DNA of 64,000 nucleotides from Escherichia coli. Lineage in GTDB: Bacteria; Pseudomonadota; Gammaproteobacteria; Enterobacterales; Enterobacteriaceae. The stretch lies in the NCBI RefSeq assembly GCF_030013205.1, contig NZ_CP122648.1; one strand, given 5' to 3'. Shown here piece by piece: positions 34,445-43,795 of the stretch (its first letter is position 1; every line of letters begins with the position of its first letter). The notes below the pieces were generated by a model. That model was not told the DNA's origin and did no database searches. It saw nothing but the letters and a program-made list of their open reading frames with translations. A program made the position numbers and the translations under genes.

Positions 34445-36382
34445 TCAGTAACGACGTCCCCATTCCGTGGCGCTCATCAATGTCGGTTTATCCCCCATGA
34501 AATAGCGGTAGTAAGCGTCATAAGCCAGCACGTTCTTCACATAACCGCGCGTCTCGGAGAACGGAATACTCTCGACAAATGCCACTGCGTCGATACGCCC
34601 GGCGCTGTTGCCAAGCCAGGTTCGCACCCGCCCTGGTCCGGCGTTATAAGCTGCTGAGGAGAAAATACGGTTATTACCAAACTGCTGATAAACATATTGC
34701 AGGTAACTGGTGCCAATGTTGATGTTCGTTTCCGGATCCAGCAATTGTCCTGGGCTGCTATAACCAGGAATAGAGAACATCTTCACCGTATGGGTCGCCG
34801 TGCCCGGCATAATCTGCATCAGGCCGCTGGCCCCTACCGGCGATTTCACTTTCGGATTCCAGGCACTCTCCTGACGGGCAATCGCCATCGCATAGCTTTG
34901 CGGGATCTCCTTCCCACTGGTGTAACGTTTGAAAAGATCGTTGTAGGCCAGCGGGAATCGTTCTTCCAGATGATCCCAAAGCTTCCCGGCGATCGTTGCC
35001 TGAACGCTAAGATCCCACCATTGGTTATTGAAAGCATACCGAGCCAGTTGCGCCTGCTCTGTTTTTGACTTGCTCTTCACCAGATTGGCCCACTCGCTAC
35101 GCGCGGTGTTATCGAGATTCCAGTACATCAACTCGCGCACGCGCGCCATCTCCGGCCCCTGAGTCAGGGCGCTGTCAACATTCTGCGGCGCTTTATCAAT
35201 CTTCAGCTCATACTCTTCTCCGATGCGTTGTGCTGCAACCATCGGGTAGAAACCACGCTGTTGCATGAGTTGATGCAAAATCTCTTTTGCTTCAGCTTCA
35301 CGTCCGCGTTCCAGCAGTAAATCCGCCTGCCAGTAACGCCATTCATCTTTCTCTTTCGCCTCCATCGGCAAACGCGCCAGCCAGGTATTCAGGCCGCGAC
35401 GATCGCCGGTGCCAAGCGCCATTCGCACACGGCGTTCAATAAGCGAAGTAGATTGCGAACGCATAATGGCGTCATCACGCCATTTCGCCTGTTCGTCGGT
35501 GACATCGTTGCCCATCAAACGCCAGGCGACGATATCGCGCAGCTCCTGAATCTGATCTTCATTAAGCTGCTGCGCCTGGGCAAGCGACGGGATCATCAGC
35601 CGTGCATTTTCAGCATCCTGCCGCGCCACACTGGCAAACGCCACCGCCGCCATTTGACGGGTAAAATCGGTCGCTCCGGTTGTACGCGCGAAGGTCAGTA
35701 CCGTATTAGGATTGTTCGCCAGTGAAATAATTGCCGAAGCGATAGTCTGGTAATCGGCAGGCATCTGCCCTGCCAGCACTGTTACCAGGCCAGTGTTACC
35801 CGCTTTCATCGCCAGACGGATACGCTCTAAATACGCCAGCGGATCTTGTTTACCTGACGCACGCCAGACGCTAAATAACTTGTCACAGGCGTTAGGCTGG
35901 CTCTTGCCGGTTAGCCACAGCTCTTTCGCCCCTTGCCAGGCTTCTTCACTCTGCCCGGTATTCCATTTCGCATAGTAGTAATTACATTGCGCTTCGGTAG
36001 TTCCGGGCTTTTCCGGGCTAAAGGCTAACAAGCCACGCCAGTCTTCACGCCGCGCCAGTTCATTGACGAAACGAGATTGCAGCGTGCGAGCGGGAGGAAG
36101 CGTGGGGTTAGCGCGAACAAAGTTAGTGACCGTCACCGCCGGTTGATTCATCAGGTCATCGGTGATCTGACGGTATTCCAGGTAGGGATAAAGCGGATAA
36201 TCCTTCAGTCCCGGCATCATTTGTTCGACCACATCCATTTGTCGATTATCCCAGGCCTGCTTGATTTGGGCGTAGCGGCTACGCTGCTCATCCAGTGAGT
36301 CGGCTCGCGCCACGCTGCTGACCGTCAGCAGACAGACACCGGCAGCCAACAGCCGCCAGGTAACGTGTTTGGCTTTTTCCAC
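34445..36382 (-). CDS. slt: soluble lytic murein transglycosylase Slt70
   Basis: signal peptide, superhelical domain, C-terminal lysozyme-like region; probable GTG start at 36382 (start uncertain). Confidence 0.88.
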   Translation of the reverse strand: MEKAKHVTWRLLAAGVCLLTVSSVARADSLDEQRSRYAQIKQAWDNRQMDVVEQMMPGLKDYPLYPYLEYRQITDDLMNQPAVTVTNFVRANPTLPPARTLQSRFVNELARREDWRGLLAFSPEKPGTTEAQCNYYYAKWNTGQSEEAWQGAKELWLTGKSQPNACDKLFSVWRASGKQDPLAYLERIRLAMKAGNTGLVTVLAGQMPADYQTIASAIISLANNPNTVLTFARTTGATDFTRQMAAVAFASVARQDAENARLMIPSLAQAQQLNEDQIQELRDIVAWRLMGNDVTDEQAKWRDDAIMRSQSTSLIERRVRMALGTGDRRGLNTWLARLPMEAKEKDEWRYWQADLLLERGREAEAKEILHQLMQQRGFYPMVAAQRIGEEYELKIDKAPQNVDSALTQGPEMARVRELMYWNLDNTARSEWANLVKSKSKTEQAQLARYAFNNQWWDLSVQATIAGKLWDHLEERFPLAYNDLFKRYTSGKEIPQSYAMAIARQESAWNPKVKSPVGASGLMQIMPGTATHTVKMFSIPGYSSPGQLLDPETNINIGTSYLQYVYQQFGNNRIFSSAAYNAGPGRVRTWLGNSAGRIDAVAFVESIPFSETRGYVKNVLAYDAYYRYFMGDKPTLMSATEWGRRY

Positions 36383-36592
36383 AAGCGCATCCTCTAAGTG
36401 TAAATACATCAATGCAGCGTCTTGCCGCGTAATAGATTTATGCTAACCAGTCATTGCCGTTTACGCCACGTTACGGACACTTTTTTACTTTTATCGGGAG
36501 GGTGATCGACCGGCTGGGATTAGATAAGGAAACAGGCTACACTTCGCCTTTGAAAACTCATCATCACTATAAACATAGAGGCGAAGTCCAAC

Positions 36593-38260
36593 GTGGCTCA
36601 ATTCGTTTATACCATGCATCGTGTCGGCAAAGTTGTTCCGCCGAAACGTCATATTTTGAAAAACATCTCTCTGAGTTTCTTCCCTGGGGCAAAAATTGGT
36701 GTCCTGGGTCTGAACGGCGCGGGTAAGTCCACCCTGCTGCGCATTATGGCGGGCATTGATAAAGACATCGAAGGCGAAGCGCGTCCGCAACCGGATATCA
36801 AGATTGGTTATCTGCCGCAGGAACCGCAGCTGAACCCGGAACACACCGTGCGTGAGTCCATTGAAGAAGCGGTTTCTGAAGTGGTTAACGCCCTGAAACG
36901 CCTGGATGAAGTGTATGCGCTGTACGCCGATCCGGATGCCGATTTTGACAAGCTGGCCGCTGAACAAGGCCGTCTGGAAGAGATCATTCAGGCTCACGAC
37001 GGTCACAACCTGAACGTTCAGCTGGAGCGTGCGGCGGATGCGCTGCGTCTGCCGGACTGGGACGCGAAAATCGCTAACCTCTCCGGTGGTGAGCGTCGTC
37101 GCGTAGCGTTGTGCCGCCTGCTGCTGGAAAAACCAGACATGCTGCTGCTCGACGAACCGACCAACCACCTGGATGCCGAATCCGTGGCGTGGCTGGAACG
37201 CTTCCTGCACGACTTCGAAGGCACCGTTGTGGCGATTACCCACGACCGTTACTTCCTCGATAACGTGGCGGGCTGGATCCTCGAACTGGACCGTGGTGAA
37301 GGTATTCCGTGGGAAGGTAACTACTCCTCCTGGCTGGAGCAGAAAGATCAACGTCTGGCGCAGGAAGCTTCACAAGAAGCTGCGCGTCGTAAGTCGATTG
37401 AGAAAGAGCTGGAGTGGGTACGTCAGGGGACTAAAGGCCGTCAGTCGAAAGGTAAAGCACGTCTGGCGCGTTTTGAAGAGCTGAACAGCACCGAATATCA
37501 GAAACGTAACGAAACCAACGAACTGTTTATTCCACCGGGACCGCGTCTTGGCGATAAAGTGCTGGAAGTCAACAACCTGCGTAAATCCTATGGCGATCGT
37601 CTGCTGATTGATGACCTGAGCTTCTCGATCCCGAAAGGAGCGATCGTCGGGATCATCGGTCCGAACGGTGCGGGTAAATCGACCCTGTTCCGTATGATCT
37701 CCGGTCAGGAACAGCCGGACAGCGGCACCATCACTTTAGGTGAAACGGTGAAACTGGCATCGGTTGATCAGTTCCGTGACTCAATGGATAACAGCAAAAC
37801 CGTTTGGGAAGAAGTTTCCGGCGGGCTGGATATCATGAAGATCGGCAACACCGAGATGCCAAGCCGTGCCTACGTTGGCCGCTTTAACTTTAAAGGGGTT
37901 GATCAGGGTAAACGCGTTGGTGAACTCTCCGGCGGTGAGCGCGGTCGTCTGCATCTGGCGAAGCTGCTGCAAGTTGGCGGCAACATGTTGCTGCTCGACG
38001 AACCGACCAACGACCTGGATATCGAAACCCTGCGTGCGCTGGAAAACGCCCTGCTGGAGTTCCCGGGCTGCGCGATGGTTATCTCGCACGACCGTTGGTT
38101 CCTCGACCGTATCGCCACGCACATCCTGGACTACCAGGATGAAGGTAAAGTTGAGTTCTTCGAAGGTAACTTTACCGAGTACGAAGAGTACAAGAAACGC
38201 ACGCTGGGCGCAGACGCGCTGGAGCCGAAGCGTATCAAGTACAAGCGTATTGCGAAGTAA
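36593..38260 (+). CDS. ettA: energy-dependent translational throttle ABC-F ATPase EttA
   Basis: 555 aa, two Walker A motifs (GLNGAGKST, GPNGAGKST) and two LSGGE signatures. Confidence 0.96.
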   Translation: MAQFVYTMHRVGKVVPPKRHILKNISLSFFPGAKIGVLGLNGAGKSTLLRIMAGIDKDIEGEARPQPDIKIGYLPQEPQLNPEHTVRESIEEAVSEVVNALKRLDEVYALYADPDADFDKLAAEQGRLEEIIQAHDGHNLNVQLERAADALRLPDWDAKIANLSGGERRRVALCRLLLEKPDMLLLDEPTNHLDAESVAWLERFLHDFEGTVVAITHDRYFLDNVAGWILELDRGEGIPWEGNYSSWLEQKDQRLAQEASQEAARRKSIEKELEWVRQGTKGRQSKGKARLARFEELNSTEYQKRNETNELFIPPGPRLGDKVLEVNNLRKSYGDRLLIDDLSFSIPKGAIVGIIGPNGAGKSTLFRMISGQEQPDSGTITLGETVKLASVDQFRDSMDNSKTVWEEVSGGLDIMKIGNTEMPSRAYVGRFNFKGVDQGKRVGELSGGERGRLHLAKLLQVGGNMLLLDEPTNDLDIETLRALENALLEFPGCAMVISHDRWFLDRIATHILDYQDEGKVEFFEGNFTEYEEYKKRTLGADALEPKRIKYKRIAK

Positions 38261-38270
38261 TGCATAAAAT

Positions 38271-38302
38271 GCCGGATGCGGCGCGCCAGCATCGCATCCG
38301 GT
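38271..38302. repeat. REP-type palindromic element downstream of ettA
   Basis: gccggatgcg...cgcatccggt imperfect palindrome. Confidence 0.6.
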
Positions 38303-38415
38303 ATTAGTTAAATGATTAGTCCCCGGAAAAAGGCAGAATTTTCTTTAAGCGTATTAGCTCAGATGCGGACTGACACCTCAAATCAAGCGGGAACTCATGG
38401 TTCCCGCTTAACGTT

Positions 38416-39303
38416 TTATTCACCGCGCAGGATCTGGCGGAAATGGGAAACCAGCGGACGTTGGTTGGCTTTATGCCAGGCTGCCCATAATTGCGTTGAA
38501 TAATTCATCCACGGCAATTCACGTAATACCACCCCTTCCGGCGCATTATGACGCAGACTATGTTGAATTAAGGCCAGACCTAATCCCGCAGCGACCAAAC
38601 CTAATGCCGTGAGGGGTTCACCCGCTTCCAGGCGAATATCAGGATTAAACCCGGCGTTAACACAGGCGGCGACAAAATGATCGCGAGAATGCGCATCGTC
38701 GTTATGAATCACCGCAATCCACTGCTCATCGCCAAGTTGTGACGCGACAAGGTTTTCCTCCTGCGCCAGAGGATGATTTTGCGGTAAGGCCAACAACATT
38801 CGATCATCCAGAACCTGAATATATTCCAGATCCTGCTCGCTGTCGGTGGGCGGCGTATCGACCAGAGAAAAATCGAGACTGCGCTGGCGCAGGCCTTCAA
38901 TCTGGGTAGCCGGTGGTTGGCTGTAAAGTGCGATATGCACATTCGGACGCGATACACGTAACGTACGTAGCGCCGTAGAAAGCACACCGGAATGCATGGC
39001 GTTTTCGATATAGCCAATACACAAGCCACCATCTTCCCCCCGTCCCAGGCGTTTGCCTAACGACTCCAGGCGGTTGGCGTGTGTCAGCAACGAACGTGTT
39101 TCGGCAAGGAATGTCTGTCCATCAGCGGTCAGGCGAATGCGCTGCTGATTACGCTCAAACAGCGTCAGCCCCAGCCGTTCTTCCAGTTGTGCAATCTGGC
39201 GGCTCAGCGGTGATTGCGAGATATGTAATCGCTCGGCTGCGCGTCCCACGTGCTCTTCTTCTGCGACCACCACGAAGTACTTCAGTTGGCGTAAATCAAT
39301 CAT
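38416..39303 (-). CDS. LysR-family transcriptional regulator
   Basis: N-terminal HTH MIDLRQLKYFVVVAEEEHVGRAAERLHISQSPLSRQIAQLE; divergent from the oxidoreductase operon; start trimmed to the ATG at 39303. Confidence 0.85.
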   Translation of the reverse strand: MIDLRQLKYFVVVAEEEHVGRAAERLHISQSPLSRQIAQLEERLGLTLFERNQQRIRLTADGQTFLAETRSLLTHANRLESLGKRLGRGEDGGLCIGYIENAMHSGVLSTALRTLRVSRPNVHIALYSQPPATQIEGLRQRSLDFSLVDTPPTDSEQDLEYIQVLDDRMLLALPQNHPLAQEENLVASQLGDEQWIAVIHNDDAHSRDHFVAACVNAGFNPDIRLEAGEPLTALGLVAAGLGLALIQHSLRHNAPEGVVLRELPWMNYSTQLWAAWHKANQRPLVSHFRQILRGE

Positions 39304-39368
39304 GTTAGACCTCAAAGGACTTAAGTCAGACGAATTATGTCCTATCAAGTCACAACATCGCAAGGTAT

Positions 39369-39384
39369 TGTGATCCACGTCACA
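39369..39384. promoter_or_regulatory. consensus CRP binding site
   Basis: TGTGA-tccacg-TCACA, perfect match to both CRP half-sites, 53 bp upstream of the AKR start codon. Confidence 0.6.
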
Positions 39385-39436
39385 GGGCGATAGCAAAAAA
39401 ATGCCCTAACCCAAACCGAATAATTGAGGACATCTT

Positions 39437-40447
39437 ATGAGCATCAAAAATTTACTTCCCGGCAAAATTGGCTTAGGCGGCGCACCACTCGGCAACATGT
39501 TCCGTGCCATTCCGGAAGACGAGGCCCACGCCACCGTGAGCGAAGCCTGGAACCTGGGCGTGCGTTACTTTGATACCGCGCCGCTGTACGGCTCTGGCCT
39601 TTCTGAAATCCGCATGGGCGAAGCGCTGTCTCAGTATCCACGTGATGAATACGTTCTGAGCAGCAAAGTCGGCCGCATCATGCTGGACGAAATGGAAGAT
39701 CCGGCAAAACGTGATTTCGGTGAAAAAGGTGGCCTGTTCGAACATGGCCTGAAAAACAAAATTCTGAATGACTACTCTGCTGACGCCACGCTGCGCTCGA
39801 TTGAAGACAGCCTGAAACGCCTGAAAACAGATCGTCTGGATATTGTCTGGATCCACGACCCGGCGCAGGACTTCTACGGTGACAGCTGGCTGGAGCAGTT
39901 CAACATAGCCCGTACCGGTGCGTTTCGTGCGCTGACGCGTTTGCGTGACGAAGGTGTGATTAAAGCCTGGGGACTGGGTGTGAATCGCGTCGAACCTTGC
40001 GAACTGACGCTGGCGCTGGACGAACCGAAGCCGGATGCGTTCCTGCTGGCGGGGCGTTATTCCCTGCTGGATCACGAACGTGCGCTGCAACGCCTGATGC
40101 CAGAAGCACTGGAACAGAACGTGGATATTGTTGTGGGCGGTCCGTACAGCTCTGGCGTACTGGCAGGCGGCGAGCACTTTGAATATCAGAAAGCTTCTGC
40201 GGCCATCCAGCAGAAAGTGGCGCAAATTAACACCATTGCCACACGTTTCAATGTGAACGTTAAAGCAGCTGCGCTGCAGTTCGCGCTGGCAAACCCGGCC
40301 GTTGCGGCGGTTATTCCTGGCTCCAGCCGTCCTGGCCGTATGGCAGAAGATCTGGCTGCACTGAATGCGCCTGTTCCGGCTGAATTCTGGGCAGAAATGC
40401 GCCGTCAAAATCTGGTTGCGGAAAACGCTCCACTGCCGACCCGTTAA
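39437..40447 (+). CDS. aldo/keto reductase family oxidoreductase
   Basis: 336 aa with AKR N-terminal region (GLGGAPLGNMF...DTAPLYGSG). Confidence 0.85.
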   Translation: MSIKNLLPGKIGLGGAPLGNMFRAIPEDEAHATVSEAWNLGVRYFDTAPLYGSGLSEIRMGEALSQYPRDEYVLSSKVGRIMLDEMEDPAKRDFGEKGGLFEHGLKNKILNDYSADATLRSIEDSLKRLKTDRLDIVWIHDPAQDFYGDSWLEQFNIARTGAFRALTRLRDEGVIKAWGLGVNRVEPCELTLALDEPKPDAFLLAGRYSLLDHERALQRLMPEALEQNVDIVVGGPYSSGVLAGGEHFEYQKASAAIQQKVAQINTIATRFNVNVKAAALQFALANPAVAAVIPGSSRPGRMAEDLAALNAPVPAEFWAEMRRQNLVAENAPLPTR

Positions 40448-40466
40448 TCAACCTGGTGAGAAAACG

Positions 40467-41264
40467 ATGAAACTGGATCTGACAGGTAAAGTCGCGGTGG
40501 TCAGCGGCTCAACCTCCGGCATTGGGCAGGGTATCGCCGCCGGACTGGCAAAAGCAGGCGCAACGGTGGTTGTCGTCGGCCGTAAACAGCGCGGCGTTGA
40601 TGACGCCATGGCTGCGATTGCGGCACAAACTCCCACGGCGTCACTGCGTGGCGTGGTGGCCGACCTCAGCACCGAAGACGGCGTGACTGCGCTGATCGCT
40701 GCAGTCCCAACGGCTGATGTGCTGGTCAATAATCTGGGCATTTTCAACGATAAAGATTTCTTTAGCGTTCCGGATGATGAGTGGCTGCACTTCTATAACG
40801 TCAACGTCCTCTCCGGCGTTCGTCTGGCGCGTCACTATGCGCCAGGCATGACGGAACAGGGCTGGGGGCGGATTATCTTTGTCTCGTCCGAATCCGGCGT
40901 GGCAATTCCTGGCGACATGATCAACTACGGCGTCACCAAAGCTGCGAATCTGGCGGTTTCTCATGGTCTGGCGAAACGACTGGCAGGGACCGGTGTGACC
41001 GTCAACGCCATTCTGCCAGGGCCAACCTTTACCGATGGCCTGAAAGAGATACTGGCGGATGCCGCTGCACAATCGGGGCGCAGTGCGCGTGAACAGGCCG
41101 ATGAGTTTGTTAAAACCTCGCGTCCGAGCTCCATCATCCAGCGTGCGGCGGATGTGGAGGAAGTAGCGAATCTGGCGGTTTATCTCGCGTCACCGCTTTC
41201 CTCGGCAACCACAGGGGCAGCTCTGCGCGTCGATGGCGGTGTCGTCGACACCCTGACTATGTAA
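40467..41264 (+). CDS. short-chain dehydrogenase/reductase (SDR)
   Basis: MKLDLTGKVAVVSGSTSGIGQGIA (TGxxxGxG) and YGVTK active-site motif; ORF-track upstream extension trimmed. Confidence 0.88.
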   Translation: MKLDLTGKVAVVSGSTSGIGQGIAAGLAKAGATVVVVGRKQRGVDDAMAAIAAQTPTASLRGVVADLSTEDGVTALIAAVPTADVLVNNLGIFNDKDFFSVPDDEWLHFYNVNVLSGVRLARHYAPGMTEQGWGRIIFVSSESGVAIPGDMINYGVTKAANLAVSHGLAKRLAGTGVTVNAILPGPTFTDGLKEILADAAAQSGRSAREQADEFVKTSRPSSIIQRAADVEEVANLAVYLASPLSSATTGAALRVDGGVVDTLTM

Positions 41265-41289
41265 CCCTATAAATTAAGAGAAAATTATC

Positions 41290-41706
41290 ATGGCTAAAAC
41301 AACTGTATCGATCGAAATTCCGGCTTCTGCCGACGCCGTATGGCAATTGATGGGCGGCTTTGATGCGCTGCCAGACTGGCTGCCGTTCATCCCGAAAAGC
41401 GTAGTGACAGAAGGCGGTCGCGTTCGTTCGCTGACAACCTCTGACGGCGGCACTGTGGTTGAACGTCTGGAAGCGTTTGATAACCGTCAACGCAGTTATA
41501 CCTATTCCATTATTCAGGCACCGTTCCCGGTGGTGGATTACCTCTCCACCATTACCGTTCATGAAACCGCCGACAGCCAGGTTTCCCGTGTGGAATGGTT
41601 CGGTGAATTCACCCCGGTGAATGTGACGAACGAAGAGGCCGAAGCGCTGTTTACCGGCATCTATCGGGATGGTCTCAAGGCGCTGAAGGACAACTTTGTT
41701 GCCTGA
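41290..41706 (+). CDS. SRPBCC-superfamily (polyketide cyclase-like) small protein
   Basis: 138 aa, pattern resembles SRPBCC ligand-binding proteins; family by recall. Confidence 0.5.
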   Translation: MAKTTVSIEIPASADAVWQLMGGFDALPDWLPFIPKSVVTEGGRVRSLTTSDGGTVVERLEAFDNRQRSYTYSIIQAPFPVVDYLSTITVHETADSQVSRVEWFGEFTPVNVTNEEAEALFTGIYRDGLKALKDNFVA

Positions 41707-41863
41707 TGCGATCGACAGGCGTCGGAACGTCCGGCGTCTGATTATTAACAAAATCAGAATAGTCTATTGCCATTTGTATCATTTATGTTATCAGGCAGTA
41801 GGCGTATTCTCTCCCCATCGCGTTAATAAACGCCAAACAATTAAGACACTCTGGAATATAAAC

Positions 41864-42076
41864 ATGAAAACGATCATCGCAATTTTTACGGCTTCTCTTT
41901 TCTCTGTCGCGGCGTTTAACGCATCGGCGCAAAGCGTGACAGCAACCGGTACAACACTGGATTCCGCTGAAGCGGTTATTGCGCAGAAAGCGAAAGAGAT
42001 GAACGCCTCTGAATACAAAATTACCAGCGCTCGCATGGGCAATACCGTCACCATGAGTGCCGAACTGTACAAATAA
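41864..42076 (+). CDS. DUF1471 (YdgH/BhsA/McbA-family) periplasmic stress protein
   Basis: 70 aa, signal peptide, ITS...GN...YK C-terminal pattern as in BhsA. Confidence 0.7.
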   Translation: MKTIIAIFTASLFSVAAFNASAQSVTATGTTLDSAEAVIAQKAKEMNASEYKITSARMGNTVTMSAELYK

Positions 42077-42124
42077 CCGCACGAGAGACCCATTACGTAA
42101 TTTGCTAAATATGCGCTGAATGCG

Positions 42125-42316
42125 TTGCCATTAATAAACCGTATTGTAATGCCACCGATGACGCGTTCCCGTGCGGGTGCGGGTGACGTTGCGATTGACA
42201 TGATGGCGGAGTATTACGCGCAGCGCGCCAGTGCAGAACTTATCATCAGCGAAGGTACGCAAATCAGCAGAAGCGCTGCGCATAATTTTCCACGGCCCGC
42301 TGATTTACTCCGGTAA
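42125..42316 (+). pseudogene. N-terminal fragment of an old-yellow-enzyme (NemA-like) flavin oxidoreductase
   Basis: 63 codons with OYE N-terminal signature (PPMTRSRA...MAEYYAQRASAELIISEGTQIS) then stop; a complete enzyme would be about 365 aa. Confidence 0.6.
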
Positions 42317-42542
42317 ATAGACCAAAGCGCGCGCCGAAGCGGACTGTCAGATTTGATTGCATTCTGGCTACGCAACTGATCGGTTGGAGTATGAAGTTGC
42401 TCACGAATAGCCTTAGCATCTGCAATTTCGTAGCGGGTCACCCGTGCAGGTTCTTTCTAATCTCAACAGCCTCTTCCAGAGAGTTTTTCAACTCATCAAA
42501 AAAACTCAATTTATACCTCGCCTTTGAGCCGTTTCATCACGG

Positions 42543-43775
42543 TTATCTCTGCTCCCCCATCATCTCCCGCACAAGTTCCACGCAGCGCAGGAAACGGCTG
42601 TCATAATCGTCCTCTTCAACACGCACGAATTCGATATTGTTCTCTTCCAGCATCTCCACCAGCAAGTTCTGGAACTCTTTGCGATCCACCGAACTGCCGA
42701 GACTGCGTAAACCATCCGCCACCCACGGCGTGTTGTTCTCCAGCAAGATAACCAGATCAAAACGGTATTCATCAATCAGCGCCTGCACGAACGGATGCTC
42801 ACGCCCTTCGTACTTTTTGCAGAACGCCTGGGTAGTGACAAAATCAGTGTCGATAAACGCCACTTTATTGGCGTATTTCACTGCAAAATCAATATATTGC
42901 GCGTGTCCTAGCGCGATTTTATCGTAGTCGGAATACTGCAATGCGATCTCATCACCGCCAAGGTGTGAAAAGACATAATCGCGACCATATTCCCACGCAC
43001 TGGTGGTATTGAAGATATTGGCAAGTTTGTTTACCAGGGTGGATTTACCGCTCGACTCGCCGCCAAGGATCGCCACGGTACGCACAAAGAACGGCTTCAC
43101 TTCGGTGGGAATATATTCCCAGTAGCGGAACGGGTTTTCGCGGATCTGCGCACCGCTGATACTCATAAAGGTGCGTTTCGGATCGACCAGCACCGTTTCG
43201 ATCCCCAGATGTTCCATATACTGTGGCGCATCGGCTTCTTCCGAGGTGTAGATCAGGTCCGGCTGGATCCCCTTTTCAGCCATAAACTTTTTGATGCCGT
43301 TGCTCCACACATCCCAGCCGTGCGGATACGGCTCCATGCCCTCTTCGTTGAAAGCATGAATACGGATATTTTTCTGATATTTAAAGGTTTGCAATAACCA
43401 GCGCAGACGATCCGGCACCGTGGGCTGCTGCGACATGGCGCTGTCTTCAAACAACGCACGGTCACGGGTATCGTCAAAGCCCATAATGATATGCAGCTCG
43501 TCAACCTGGCTACAGGCGCGCTGGATAAGGTAGATATGTCCGGTATGTAGCGGGTAGAACTTACCGAATACGACACCAATGGTTTTCTTCTGCCGGGGAA
43601 ATTCAAGCCCCAAAAAACGGTGCAACGCCTCCAGCTTTTGCGCGCTGGGGCTTTTAATTTTGGCATTCAGTAACTGGCTTAAATACCCTTTGGTCATACC
43701 GCTGGCATCAGCTACCTGCTGTAGCGTGCAGCCCTGTTGCTTGATGGCAGTTTTCAGGTAATCAAATGACGACAT
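42543..43775 (-). CDS. nadR: trifunctional NAD biosynthesis regulator NadR
   Basis: MSSFDYLKTAIKQQGCTLQQVADASGMTKGYLSQLL...; internal ATG used. Confidence 0.93.
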   Translation of the reverse strand: MSSFDYLKTAIKQQGCTLQQVADASGMTKGYLSQLLNAKIKSPSAQKLEALHRFLGLEFPRQKKTIGVVFGKFYPLHTGHIYLIQRACSQVDELHIIMGFDDTRDRALFEDSAMSQQPTVPDRLRWLLQTFKYQKNIRIHAFNEEGMEPYPHGWDVWSNGIKKFMAEKGIQPDLIYTSEEADAPQYMEHLGIETVLVDPKRTFMSISGAQIRENPFRYWEYIPTEVKPFFVRTVAILGGESSGKSTLVNKLANIFNTTSAWEYGRDYVFSHLGGDEIALQYSDYDKIALGHAQYIDFAVKYANKVAFIDTDFVTTQAFCKKYEGREHPFVQALIDEYRFDLVILLENNTPWVADGLRSLGSSVDRKEFQNLLVEMLEENNIEFVRVEEDDYDSRFLRCVELVREMMGEQR

Positions 43776-43795
43776 ATCTCCCTCCGTATCTCTCA

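Noticed and set aside
36491-37351. 286-aa minus-strand ORF antisense to the 5-prime half of ettA
   Set aside because: Overlaps a confidently identified ABC-F gene; sequence is repetitive and low-complexity, typical of antisense frames.
39473-40408. 311-aa minus-strand ORF antisense to the aldo/keto reductase gene
   Set aside because: Fully contained in the AKR gene on the other strand; the AKR frame has clear family motifs and this one has none.
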